NCBI GenBank assembly: GCA_035221665.1
Contig: CM069162.1
Location: forward strand, 18,352,001-18,416,000
DNA: 64,000 bases
Origin: Okamejei kenojei
Taxonomy: Eukaryota
Direction: 5' to 3'
The notes beneath the pieces are model-generated. The model made no database searches. It was not told where the DNA came from and worked only from the letters and a program-made list of their open reading frames with translations. The position numbers and the translations under genes were made by a program. Positions 1 to 12,490 of the stretch are shown piece by piece. Position 1 is the first letter of the stretch. Each line of letters begins with the position of its first letter.

Positions 1-43
1 TCTCAAATCCAAGTAATTTCGTCGTAACATGAGAGATTCTTAT

Positions 44-340
44 AGGATCATAAGATCACAAGTGATAGGAGTAGAATTAGGCCATTCGGCCCATCGAGTC
101 TATTGCACCATTTGATCATGGCTGATCTATCTCTCCCTCCCAACCCCATTCTCCTGCCTTCTCCCCATAACCTCTGGCGCCCATACCAGTCAAGAATCTA
201 TCCATCTCTGCCTTAAATATATCCCGTTGCTTTGCCTCCACAACCTTCTATGGCAAAGAAATCCACAGATTCGCCAACCTCTGACTAAAGAAATTCCACC
301 TCATCTCCTTCCCAAAAGAACGTCCTTTAATTTTGAGGTA
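44..340 (-). mobile_element. CR1/HER1-type LINE 3' end
   Basis: Reverse complement of the recurrent tail GGGCCGAATGGCCTAATTCT..CCTATCACTT with short cataag repeats; same block recurs at ~18670, 43815, 44280, 57540, 62800. Confidence 0.8.
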
Positions 341-464
341 GTCTTGACTTGGTCTCGACTTGTCAAGGTAGATTTTGAGATGCTGTTTCACCTGCTCAGA
401 TGCTTGAGAACCAGCTGTAAATCGTAAAACAAGGTGTCACCTATTCAGGATCTAGACACACTTG

Positions 465-789
465 TTACTCAACTTTTTCGGTGACTGCCAGCACCCGTCA
501 TAGGTCTTTACAGGTTGCCGAAAATTTTAAACATGTAGAAAATCCAGTGGCGACCAGAACAAGGTACGATTCTTTGGGCGACTACTCAACACCATACAGG
601 CTTCACCCCACGACATGTCGCCAGGGTGTCGCCTAATGGTCGTGAGTAGTCTCCTCAGTCGCCTAAAGAGTCGCAGCGTCTTTCTGGTCGCCGCTGAATT
701 TTCAACATGTTGAAAGTTTTCGCCGACCTACAATGACCTACGACGGGTGCCGGCAGTCGCCAAAAAAGTCGCGTAAGTGGGACAGGCCC
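465..789. mobile_element. Palindromic MITE, PIF/Harbinger-like, left terminus lost
   Basis: ~472-560 is the reverse complement of ~680-770; right end AAGTGGGACAGGCCC is shared with the elements at 30914 and 59564. Confidence 0.75.
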
Positions 790-834
790 TTTATACAGAG
801 AAATGAGAGGTGTTGCATTTTGGGCAATCTATAG

Positions 835-1480
835 TGCACTCTTTAGAAAGGAGGTGAGGAAGAACTTCTTTAGTCGGTGGGCAGTTAATCGGTGGAACTC
901 ATTGCCACAGAGGGCTGAGGCTATGACATCTAGTCCTAGACTCTCCACATCCACTCTATCCAAGCATTTCACTATTCTGGATGTTTCAGAGGTCCCCCCC
1001 ACATTCTTCTAAACTCCAAATACAGTGCCGCCAAATACTCATCATAGGTTAACCTACTCATTCCTGGGATCATTCTTGTAAACCTCCTCCGGACCCTCTC
1101 CGAAGCCAGCACATCCTTCCAGTAAGTATCATAGAACCGACTATCTTTGCTGCGTTCCCAGGCAAAGAGAGGTTAGGAGATGACTTGCACCACAGCTTCA
1201 TCTGCATTTTGATGCACGGGAAACAAAAGTGCCCCTTTTTGAGAGAAATACTTTGAGAATATCGCTGAAAGTCACGTCATTTCCTAACAGAGAACGCCTT
1301 CCTCATTTACCCCCTTTCATAAAGGCCAACGTAAAAGAATGACAAATTAAGAGCTTTATCTCCTCAATCAGCTCCTTTCTCCATGGATTCCTTGGATTTT
1401 TGTACTTCATTTTAGTGTTGGTGCTGACATTACTTACACAGGTGCAATCTTCAACATGCTCAGAGCAGCAGTTAAACATA
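835..1480. mobile_element. Cluster of CR1 RT fragments in both orientations
   Basis: EVRKNFFS..WNSLPQ (+, ~850-920); minus-strand pieces at ~925-1120 and ~1300-1480 resemble the better CR1 copies at 36470 and 44280. Confidence 0.7.
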
Positions 1481-1707
1481 TTCAAGACAAATGCAACTCA
1501 ATGGTGCTCTTTTTCCATTCAGATTTTCTTTTCCATTTAGGTTTTGTTTTAGAAAAAGAGTGTAATTGACTCCATGTGATTTTATATAATTGGGTTGTTT
1601 AGAATTTACACCATTCAATGTATGCAAATGATAGCAGTACGTGAGCAACTACCACTGTTTCTTGTCAGTACTTCACGAGGAGGAACTGGTTAGAACATCT
1701 TACTGAC

Positions 1708-1798
1708 CTGTGTACGTTGCTCGAAGATCCTGGAAAGGTCGTTGGTCAATCTGCCTAGTATGCCATTCTTCGCATCAATAAACCTCTTCCAGAGAGAC
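1708..1798 (-). CDS. Internal coding exon of an unidentified host gene (xSLWKRFIDAKNGILGRLTNDLSRIFEQRTQ)
   Basis: Minus strand: branch-point-like GACTAAT, acceptor GTCTTTCTGCAG|, 91 nt open in one frame only (phase 2 in, phase 0 out), donor CAG|GTCAGT; non-repetitive sequence. Confidence 0.65.
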
Positions 1799-1866
1799 CT
1801 GCAGAAAGACCAGCTTGGATTAGTCCACGACGAACATCTCACTTTGAAAGAACATTTCCCAATGAA

Positions 1867-2096
1867 GATAGACACAAAATTCTGGAGCAACTCAACGGGT
1901 GGGGCAGCATCTCAGGGGAAAAAGGAATAGGTGACAATTCAGGTCAAGATCCTTCATCAGACTGAGCCTTCAGTCTGATGAAGGGTCTAGACCCAAAACA
2001 TCACCTATTCCTTTTTCCCCTGAGATGCTGCCCGACCTGCATTTACTCCAGCATTTTGTGTCTATTGCCAGTGTAAACCAGCATCTGCAGTTCCTT
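1867..2096. mobile_element. Inverted pair of Penelope-type pseudo-LTR units with hammerhead-like cores
   Basis: ~1867-1963 is the reverse complement of ~1972-2065; CTGATGA-AGGGTCTAGACCC-AAAAC core; same unit adjoins GIY-YIG coding remnants at 29510-30000 and 40265-41105. Confidence 0.75.
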
Positions 2097-3887
2097 CTTA
2101 TGCATTTTCTAATGTCCGTTAACCCTTCAAGTGCTGATCCCCCCCCCCCTCTTGCAGTCCACTGTTTGAGACCATTTTGCATACATTCCAGAATTGTTGT
2201 CTTCAAAAGATGTCCATTTCTCATCTTATGGACCTGATAAATCAAGGAAGAATTGGCTTACGTTGGATGCACAAGGGCAAAATCTCACGGGGAAATATCA
2301 TGAATAGGCATAAGGCAAAACCTATTTGCTTAATGATCCCATTGAAGCTGCTGAACAATCAGCGTCAGAGTCAGTATAGCATTCAGTGAAAAAGACCTCA
2401 ACACCTCAGCATTATTAAATGGTTCCACTGAATGCTTCTGTCAAGAAACCTGCAAGACAAGAACTGTCCAAAAAGCCAGATTGCTTATCTGCAAATTATC
2501 ACTGTACTATTAAGGCCACAGACTAATACATTCAAGGATGCAGAACATTTAGTGTTAAAGTATAGATCATTTATAGTTTAGGATATTGGCTGATCTGTCA
2601 CAAATGCAAACTGACACCGTATCAGATGTAATGATAGAAGGCTTCATTTCAGAGCATAAGGGACAACGCACCAATGACTTGTATTAAAAATTGCATTGCT
2701 GTATTGATGAAGTTGTATTAGCACAGAGAGTCCACGGGTTTCACAAGGGTTGTTCCCGAGAACTGTCCATACAACAATTTCTCTGCAAGTCAGAAACATC
2801 CGTTTTCTATAATAATCCATATGGTGTTGCTCTGCAAACACTTGCCATAATTCTTTCATTTCATTCGATGAATCACCACAACACTACACACAATTAAACA
2901 TGGGATATATACCTCATCCAGCCATTAATGAATAACAGGAAATGTATTATTATTAGTATTAGCAGCTTGAACAATGCTTAAAGGTTGATGGGGAAATGTG
3001 TAACGTTACATTTCCATAAGTCAAGTCATTCGTAACCCGGGTAGTCCCTGTGCAGTCAAGAACATATGTCCTCCATTTTAAGAACTCATTACCACCATTA
3101 CAAAAATGAGTTTTCTCCGGGTGCTCAACCTGTCTCTGGTATCCCGAAGAAATATTACTCAGTTAACTGCCACTGCATATTACCCCTTCTGTGTTGATTA
3201 ATGGCAAAATACTCAAAAGGAGAGAGTTGGTGGGCTAATACGAGAGGGGATGAGTTGCAAAGATACAAATGAGGAGAAATGGAGACAGCAAGGACCTAAC
3301 AAGTCAAATAACTCCTCCTGTACCATTATAAAATGTGGTACAATTCTATCACAATTCTTGCAACTTGTTTAGTTGAGTATTATTTATTTTGTTACCATGG
3401 AAGTCGTTTTGGTCAATTAAAGAAATGGTCATGAATTCATGGACTGTACAATGGGAATACAAAATTTCATAGGTAAAGCATGGCTTGGAGAGGCACTGTA
3501 GAAATATAATGATAGTCAGTAAATCAAGATAATTTCCCCAACAGTGGAAACAGTGTGCGTGTGAGGGCTTGTGATCAGGGCGGCTTGCTGGCTATGGCAG
3601 AGATAATTATTGTTTCACATACGTTGTGAATCCTGACCAAGAATAGATTCCTCCTCCTTCCTAACTCTTGGCCCACAGCCCTGCAGAGTGGAGTTGTCCA
3701 TATGTTCACCCAATGTGCCATGTTTTCTCCTCCTCCAAAAAAAAAATGCAGTTCCTCAAATTTCTCAGGGTTGAATTCCATGTCACACTTTGTGCCTGCG
3801 TGTAGATCATTAATATCTTCCCGCAGCCTAGAATCTGCTGTCGTGCCGACAACTACGAATCTAAACCTTCTTCGTCACAACTGACCA

Positions 3888-4200
3888 GGCGGCATGGTGG
3901 CGCAGCGGTAAAGCTACTGCCTTACAGCGCCAGAGACCCGGGTTCGATCCTGACTATGGGTGCTTGGCTGTATGGAGTTTGTACGTTCTCCCCGTTACCT
4001 GCGTGGGTTTTCCCTGAGATTTTCGGTTTCCTCCCATACTCCAAATACGTATACGTTTGTAATTTGATTGGCTTGGTATAAATATAAAATTGCCCTAGTA
4101 TGTGTAAGGTAGTGTTAATGTGCATGGATCACTGGTCGGTGCGGACTCGGTGGGCCAAAGGGCCTGTTTCCACCCTGTATCTCTAAACTGAACTAAACTA
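3888..4200 (+). mobile_element. HE1/V-SINE-type tRNA-derived SINE, full length
   Basis: A-box TGGCGCAGCGG, B-box GGTTCGATCC, central GGTTTCCTCCCA..TCCAAA domain, CR1-like tail GGGCCAAAGGGCCTGTTTCC and (TAAAC)n. Confidence 0.9.
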
Positions 4201-4954
4201 ACAATGTCCTTAACAATTTTTTTCCAATTATGTCCCCCTCGTTTATATCTAAACACTTTATGCATATCACAAACAAAAACTAGGACTCTGGTAATGAACT
4301 CCGTGGAACACAACAGCACATAACTTTCAGGTCACGAAAATTCCTATTGACGTTTCCCAATGTGAATTCCTATTCACCTTGGTGTTTTGCCACCGCAATA
4401 TTTTTGTTAATTCAACTTGCTGCTTGTTCCTTGCAATTTTACTTTATTTAAATCAATCCAGTACATAGGACTTTGCCAATGCCTTGCTAAAATCCATATC
4501 TGCTCCTTCAAATGCCCTCCCCTCACTTGGATTCTTCATTATCTTGAACAATTCAATTAGTCGAATACAACTTTACTTCAATAAATTCATGCTGACTGTT
4601 CTTGATTAACCAGCTCATATTAAATGCCGAATTAAGCTGTCCCTCAGAACATTTTCCAACCATTTTCACACAACGGACACAACTACCATCAGTTGATTAT
4701 GTAAGCATTAAAAATCTCACAGCTGGCAATGCAACGTGCATTGTAGTATCGAAGTATGGATGTCTTCAGTTCAGTTCTCAGATCTGTGCTCCCATTTTGC
4801 CTCAGCCCTCTGGGGCTTGGGTATATTAGTTCAATTCTTCAGCATCAGAGTAGGATCTCAACCTGGACCCCTTGACACTTGCTCCAATCCCCAATCCTGA
4901 GTCTTGCCCTTCGTTTTCTCTCAGCACCATACCACCTTGTAGAAAGCTCTACAA

Positions 4955-6579
4955 TAGTGCATTCAGAAAGTATTCAGACCACTTCACTTTTTCCACATTC
5001 TCTTACGTTACAGTCTTATTTAAAAAAAAATTTATTATCATCAATCTACACACTATACCCCAGAATGAAGCGAAAACAGGTGTTTTGAAATTTTTGCAAA
5101 GTAATTAAAAAATAAATAACTGAAATATCACATTTACATAAGTATTCAGACCCTTTGCTCTGACACTCAAAATTGAACTTGGGCTCATCCTGCTTCCACT
5201 GATTATCCTTGAGATGTTTCAACAACTTGATTGGAGTCCACCAGTGGTAAATTAAATTGATTGGACATGATTTGGAAAGGCACACACCCGTCTATACAAG
5301 GTCCCACCGTTGACAGAGCAAAAACCAAGCCATGAAGACGAAGGAATTGTCCATCGACCTCCGTGACAGGATTGTGTTGGGACACAGATCTGGGGAAGGG
5401 TATCAAACAATTTCTGCAGCATTGCAGATCCTGAAAAGCACATGCATTCTTAAATGGCATGCCTCTGTCATTCTTAAATGGAAGAACTTTGGAACCACCA
5501 GGACTCTGCATAGAGCTGGCCGCCCGTCCAAACTGAGCATTCGGGGAGAAGGGCCTTGGGCAGGGAGGTGACCAAGAACCCAATGGTCACTGACAGAACT
5601 CCAGCGTTCCTTTGTGGAGATGGGAGAATCTTCTAGAAGGACAACTATATCTACAGCACTCCACCAATCAGGCCTTTATGGTTGAGTGGCTAGACGGAAG
5701 CCATTCCTCAGTAAAAGGCACATGACAGCCCGCTTGGAATTTGCCAAAAGGCATCTAAAGGACTCTCAGACCATGGGGAATAAGATTCTCTGGTCTGATG
5801 AAACCAAGATTGAACTCTTTGGCCTGAATGCCAAGCGTCACGTCTGGAGGAAACCAGGCACCGCTCATCATCTGGCCAACACCATACCTACGGTGAAGCA
5901 TGGTGGTTGCAGCATTATGTTGTGGGGATGTTTTCAGCAGCGGGAACTGGGAGACTGGTCAGAATCGAGGGAAAGATGAACGGAGCAAAGTACAGGGAGA
6001 TCCTTGATGAAAACCTGCTCCAGAGTGTTCTGGATTTCAGACTGGAGTGGAGATTCACCTTCCAACCGGACAACAACCCTAAGCACACAGCCAAGGCAAC
6101 ACAGCAGTGGCTTCGTGAAAAGTCTGTGAATATCCTTGAGTGGCCCAGCGAGAGCCATAAACACGGACTTGAACCCGATGGAACATCTCTTGAGGGACCT
6201 GAAAATAGCTGTGCACCGACACTCCCCATCCAACCTTACAGAGCTTGAGAGGATCTGCAGAGAAGAATGGGAGAAATAACCCAAATGCAGGTGTGCCAAG
6301 CTTGTAGCGTCATTCCCAAGAAGACTTGAGGCTGTAATCGCTGCCAAAGGTGCCTCAACAAAGTAAAGGGTCTGAACACTTACGTAAATTAGATATTTCA
6401 GTTATTTCTTTCTAATTACTTTGCAAACATTTCTAACACCTGTTATCACTTTTTTATTATGGGGTATTGTGTGTAGATTGATGATAAAAAAAATAATTTA
6501 ATCCATTTTAGAATAAGGTTGTAATGTAACAAAATGTGAAAAAAAGATGAAGGGGTTTGAATACTTTCTGAATGCAGTC
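4955..6579 (+). mobile_element. Tc1 DNA transposon, IR/DR type, full length but decayed
   Basis: ~200-bp TIRs (4955-5158 / ~6365-6579), each with two AAGTATTCAGACC-type direct repeats; TA after right end; transposase in between. Confidence 0.95.
5332..6365 (+). pseudogene. Frameshifted Tc1 transposase (DD34E type)
   Basis: MKTKELSIDLRDRIV and GRPSKLS paired-like region, [33 protein letters not shown] spread over several frames. Confidence 0.93.
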
Positions 6580-7299
6580 TATAAAGATTAGGACTGCTTC
6601 AATCATACGGTTGGCTTTTAAAATGGGATGAAACTGGAAGAATTATTTCCTGAAGCAAGGGATGTTTCAATTTTGCTATTTTGATTTGGTGACTCCCAAT
6701 TTAGCATTAGAGCAAAATATAATAAAATGCAATTTGTAGGCAATTGCCTCATGCTAATTAAATTTTCCTTTGACCTCCAACAGCGCATCTCTCACAGGAG
6801 TTTCCATTTTCAACTGGAAGAGTCCCAAGCCCACAGGGCAACCACATGCCTACCCTCACCTTTGCCCATTGACAAAAATGTCTTATTTATGCATTTTTGG
6901 AACCAAAAATAAATCTTTGCTGACAGAGGCAAAAAACTAAGCAAACTTGCATTGTGATCCAAAGGGGAACACGCATAACAAAATTACCTACGCCTTACAA
7001 CAAGCTTTGAGTAATAATGCTAATTACCATTTCAAATATTAAACCTATTGTAAGCTTTTTTACAAAGAAGTGACAGATTTAAATTGTGTCAAGTAATGTA
7101 AAAATAACAGCAGCAATTTCAGCCCGACACATACAGAATTAGGTGAACTGCTTTTTTTTAGAATATATAAACAAACCCATTAAATATTAATCTTTACTAA
7201 CCACTGGGGAATAAAATGGAGCATATAAAAATGTCCTAAACGCAACTAGTCTTTGTTCCCCAACAAATTGGTTCCATTAAAAATTGGGTTACACTTAAG

Positions 7300-7527
7300 A
7301 ATTTAGCCAGAGGATGGTGAATCTGTGGAATACATTGCCACAGTGGAGGCCAAGACATTGAGTATCTTTTAAGTGGAGATTATTAGGTTCTTGATTAGTA
7401 AGGGCATCAAAAGGTTACAGGAAGTAGGAGAATGGGGTTGAAAGGGAAAAATAGATCAGCCATGATTGAATAGTGGAGTAGACTCGATGGCTAAATGGCC
7501 CAATTCTGCTCCTATGTTTTATGGTCT
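7300..7527 (+). mobile_element. CR1 3' end
   Basis: GTGAATCTGTGGAAT.. followed by the GATCAGCCATGATTGAAT..TGGCC..TTCTGCTCCTAT tail. Confidence 0.8.
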
Positions 7528-7954
7528 AAGTTAATCAAAGTTAGCAACGCATCATACTGGGGGTTCTAATGACCCTTCCATCCCCTTCAGATACGTATCC
7601 ATGGCTACACCTTTCCATTCTCAGCTCCTTGAGCAAGGCCACAGTCCTTGCCAACATTCAACAAAGCCTCAATATCAGTACACTGTTCAGGGGCAGGTAA
7701 CATTTGCACTCAGAAGGTATCGGACAATCATTAATTCGAACCGGTGAGACTAATCATCTTTGCATCACCTTCAATGGCATCACAGTAGAGAATTCTCCAA
7801 CCAAAGAACAGGCCACACTCTAGGTCAGAAATGGAAATATTCTCCCTTGGTGGTTAAGCACAAATCTAACAAAGGAAAACAAATGTATTATTATGTTGGA
7901 GGAATTTCAGCCCACTGAATCTGTTCCAGCTTCCTTAAGCTTTCTTCCTTAAGG

Positions 7955-8430
7955 GGCGGATCAGTGATGCAGTGGTAGAGTTGCTGCCTTACAGCGCCAG
8001 AGACCCGTGTACGATTCTGATTACGGGTGTTGTCTGTACGGAACTTGTATGTTCTCTGTGACCGCGTCGGTTTTCTCCAGGTGCTCCAGTTTCCTTCCAC
8101 ACTCCAAAGGTGTAAAGGTTTGTAGATTAATTGGCTTCTGCAACATTTTCTTTTTCTTTTTGCTTAATATTTTTATTAGAAGCATTGCATATTATCTAAT
8201 GTACAACAGCACTTCAAATACAAATCAGACTTATCACAAGCGTTATTACGGGATAATTTATATATGCTATAATTTATATATGCTACTGTTTTTGATTTTT
8301 TTTTGGGAAGGTAAGCAACATTTTCTGCAACATTTTCCCGAGTGTGTAAGGCGCTGCTTGTATATGGGGTGATCGCTGGTCAGCGTGGCCTCGGTGGGCC
8401 ATTTCAGTGCTGTATCTCTAAAGTCTAAAC
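7955..8430 (+). mobile_element. HE1/V-SINE interrupted by an insertion at 8151-8322
   Basis: SINE head and V-domain up to 8150; SINE resumes at ~8338 and ends in the CTCTAAAG tail. Confidence 0.85.
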
Positions 8431-11084
8431 AGCCCCATAAGCCACAATGCAAAACACTGAGGGAAGCCAAGGACAGCACAGCATGGAATCTCCATCACCT
8501 CAAAGCTCCATGGACACTTCATATAAAGCAGCACCTTTGCCACGACTGCCAGATAAAATCCTTGAAACTTCCCAATTAACAGCACGTTAGGAGTGCCGTC
8601 ACCTTGCCAACTGGAAATACCCCCAGAGTAGAGATGAGCAACAATAGCCCTTCTCGCCAGCAATGCCAACACCACACACGGGAATGAAAAATGCAGCCAA
8701 AACTTAATATCAAAGGACATCCTGTGCAGCCAAACAGAGTTGTTCTTCTGGATATATTTAAAATGTGCCTCATTGAAATGATATATTAAAATTCTTGCAT
8801 ACACTTTTCCCACATGCATCAGACAAATTGCCCCTTAAGCTGACAGAAGTGACTTTTATGGTGTAGAATTATTTTCTTAATAATGAAACCTCATGCCAAC
8901 CATTCACTGCTACCTCCTCGTGGAAGTGACAAATTCCTGGCGTCATTCTCACACTGTGATGCAGATGCAAAATGGTGCACAAGTTTGAAATGTCAATGAC
9001 AATCCTTCAATTCAATGCAAGATAGCACTCTACAGTCACATGAGATTAGGCATTTGACAAGAAAATATCTAGAAATTAAGTTATTTGATTCTTATTACAT
9101 GGTGGCTTTGGTGAAATTAAATGTCCGAGGAGCCCATCAAAAATATTTGACTTGTAGCTGCACGGGCCATGGTGGGCATTGCAAAGGAATGACGTAAAAA
9201 GGTGGAAAAATTTTAAGAAAGGAATTCTGGAACTTGCTCTAGTAAAGGGAAGACAGAGCCACTAATAGTTGAGTGACGAGAACAGAAATGCAGAAAGACA
9301 AACACACAAAGTGACATACACTGATTTTGTTTTCAATCCAGGGAACTGTAACTTTTGCGCTGGAATACTGCTGGAGGCAACAAAATGTCAGCTTCGAAGG
9401 GGAGTTCAATGAGAACAGTCACATTCTCCACGTACAGATAACATTCATCCTCCCTGATGCCATAAATCTCAAGAATAACCTTTGCTAAGAAGAGGAGACC
9501 CAACCAAACACATTAAATTAATTTGCTAGCGTGCTGGCTGACCTCACTGCATGTTTCCTGCTGACGGTGGCTGGTTTTCAGAATGCACAGTGAAATAAGA
9601 AACCTTATGACTGCGAGTCTTTCCAATCATCAAAAGTCATTCAGTCAATTGTCAAGCAATCACTTACTGCAATACAATCGTAGCGTCACATTACAAACCT
9701 CACTGGTTGTGAAATCTTTTCAGATGCTAAAAGGTCCTGAAAGGTTCTAAACAACAGCAAGTGCTGAGAAACTGACAAACATCTGTAAAATGACCACAGT
9801 AGTGGAACATGCAGAAGAATCTCATGGACATTTTAGTCACTGCAATCAAGAACAGCCCCCTATATCACATACCCTGCAATTCCTTCCATTCTCGCAGCCC
9901 AACCTGACCCGTTTCCAAGGTTCTCGCTTATCCAACGCCTGAACATGCCTCGCTTGCTACATTTTTCACCAAATCATTTCTCCATTAGCTTCCCTCATGC
10001 CCTCCTCAAGCTCAATGTCTTGAAGATTCAACGTTCAACGTTCTCCTTCTCCTTCAACGTTTTGCCTAACAAATTATTGGCCTTTTGTCTCCTGGTCACC
10101 TTTGTCGATACAGTTGATGATCTTCATTCCTATTTTCTTCCACCATTATATGCCAACATCATCTTTCTCAACCCACCTTCTTAGTAAATTAACATTTCAC
10201 CTTCAAACTATCCACAAGTGGTACCCCATCAATGCTCATCTGTCCCAAGACTTCACGTCTGAATTAGTGCAAATTGGATTGCCACCCAGCCACAATTCTC
10301 ATGCTTGTCCTGACCACAGCATTCCCATCTAGCCCCATCGCCTATTTGCAGAGTGGAAGGAAAGCATTCAACCTTTGCCTTTGTCATTTACCCAGATGGA
10401 GACAAGGATTCTCCTTCTACCTCTTCTGGTGCCTTAGACCTCTCCAACACGTTATCTGCACGCAATCCTTCAGCAACATCACAGAATTTGTTTGCAAGAA
10501 TGATTCCAGGAATGAGTGAGTTGACATATGATGAGCATTTGAAGGCACTGGGCCTGTACTCGCTGGAGGTTAGAAGGATGGGGGGGGGGGATCCACGGGT
10601 AGCTGTCTTTGGTTTAAACCAGTATCTGCAGTTCCTTCCTGTACATACACCACTTAATCTGTGGTTGAAACTAGTCCCAATGCCTTGGTCATTTCAATCC
10701 TAAATTCTCCAATCGACCATTGGCTGGACTCGCACAAGAACAAGCTCATTAAAAATGTTAGTCTCTGAATACATTTAACTCATTCTGTGACTCAATTGAA
10801 CTATTTTGATATGGTGTGCCTTAACACCACCTGCCAATTTATCGTCTCTGTACGTCTTTAAGACATCTCTTCCTCTGACTCTGCCAACAGTGGCAGTAAA
10901 GAGAATGGGAGTGCCCAAGAGGGCAATGTCCTCAACCAAGTAGGGCTCACAATGTGGAATTTAAAACATTATCTTTCACTTCTCTGCATATCTCTCCAAA
11001 TAATTCTTCCTTTGGTTCGATACTCACAAGTTTTCCTGATAACACGGTTGAAATACTAAAAGTCTGCCAGATTAAAAGAGGTTC

Positions 11085-11535
11085 TGTTTGGAGCTTGCAT
11101 GTTGTCCCTGTGGTAGTCTCTGGTCTGGTAATTTCCTCGGAGTGCTCCGGTTTCCACCCACATTCCAAAGACTTGCGGATCTGTAGGCTAATTGAACTCT
11201 GTTAATAGCCCCTAGGGTAATTAACCTAGGTCTAGGTAGTGGATGTGAGAGTACGAAAACATAGAACTAGCGTGGACGGGTGATTGACTCGGCGTGGACC
11301 CCGTGGGTCAATAGACTTGTTTCCATGTTTAAGAAGGAACTGCAGATGCTGGAAAATTGAAGGTAGACAAAAGTGCTGGAGAAACTCAGCGGGTGCAGCA
11401 GCATCTATGGAGCGAAGGAAATAGGCAACGTTTTGGGACGAAACGTATTTTTCCTTCGCTCCATAGATGCTGCTGCACCCGCTGAGTTTCTCCAGCAGAC
11501 TTGTTTCTATGCTGTGTCTATAAACTAAACTAAAC
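11085..11535 (+). mobile_element. 5'-truncated V-SINE with a Penelope-type fold-back inserted in its tail (11328-11496)
   Basis: V-domain GGTTTCCACCCACATTCCAAAGAC; AGACTTGTTTC(C/T)ATG duplicated at 11313-11327 and 11497-11511. Confidence 0.8.
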
Positions 11536-12116
11536 GTCCAATGCCAGATCTCTTCTGAATAGATAGGTATTTATGGAACTACTATTTTTAAATATCATTT
11601 AAATCTTGTTTTTACTTGTTGATTTAAACCTTGTATCTCAGCGAGGTCTGGTGGATTGAAGCGTTGCTGCTTTACATGCTACAAGTCTTATATTGAAGGC
11701 ACCACTCTGGGAAAAGTACACCTGCCAAAATAAATCTCTAGTGAACACTAACCAAGAACTATTCAGGGCAGCTAAATGCAAGTATCAACTGCATTTCCTT
11801 TTGCTAAATGACAACATGCGGACTACACTCTCTACCTTTCAAACATCCGGGAGAAAGCAGAATTTAGGGTATACATTTACGAAATTATGTATAATATTAA
11901 TCGATAAAAGCCAATAAAGTTGAGCAGCTTCTAAGAGGACACGCATTACAAACCAAAATGAGGAATTATAGCATGAGACTGGCTACATAAGCATCTTTAA
12001 ATTATACCCCTGAACCCAAAAGATACACAGCACAACACAGGAGGCAGTGATAAAAGCAGGAAATACTGGAAATACTCAATGGGCCCTATCAATGGAAAGC
12101 GAAACATAGTTAACAG

Positions 12117-12490
12117 GCAGGACAATGGTGCAGCTGGTAGAGCTGCTGCCTCACAGTGCCAGAGGACCAGGTTCAATCCTGACATTGGATGCTCTCTGCG
12201 TGGAGTTCGCAAGATTTCCTACTACATCGCAGGATTGTAGGCTTAAAAACAAAGGACAGTGCTGGAGTAACTCACCGGGTCAGGCAGTATCTCTAGAGAA
12301 CATAGACAGGTGACATTTCTGGTGGGACCCTCCCTCATAACTTTGTAGATTAATTGCACTTTAAATTGCCCCTAATATGTGGGGAATTGATGAGAAATTA
12401 GGATAGCAGACCTAGTGTGAATGTGTGATCTACGATTGGCCTGGTCTCTGTGGGCCGAAGGGTCTGTTTTATGCTATATATTTCAATCAA
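12117..12490 (+). mobile_element. V-SINE interrupted by a Penelope-type unit
   Basis: SINE head at 12117-12240, minus-strand pLTR unit at ~12250-12340, SINE tail after. Confidence 0.7.

Noticed and set aside
2644-2859. Minus-strand ORF with TTGCAG acceptor-like sites
   Set aside because: No convincing donor or protein similarity
3888-3960. tRNA genes at SINE heads
   Set aside because: A/B boxes continue into the V-domain and LINE tail; no full cloverleaf
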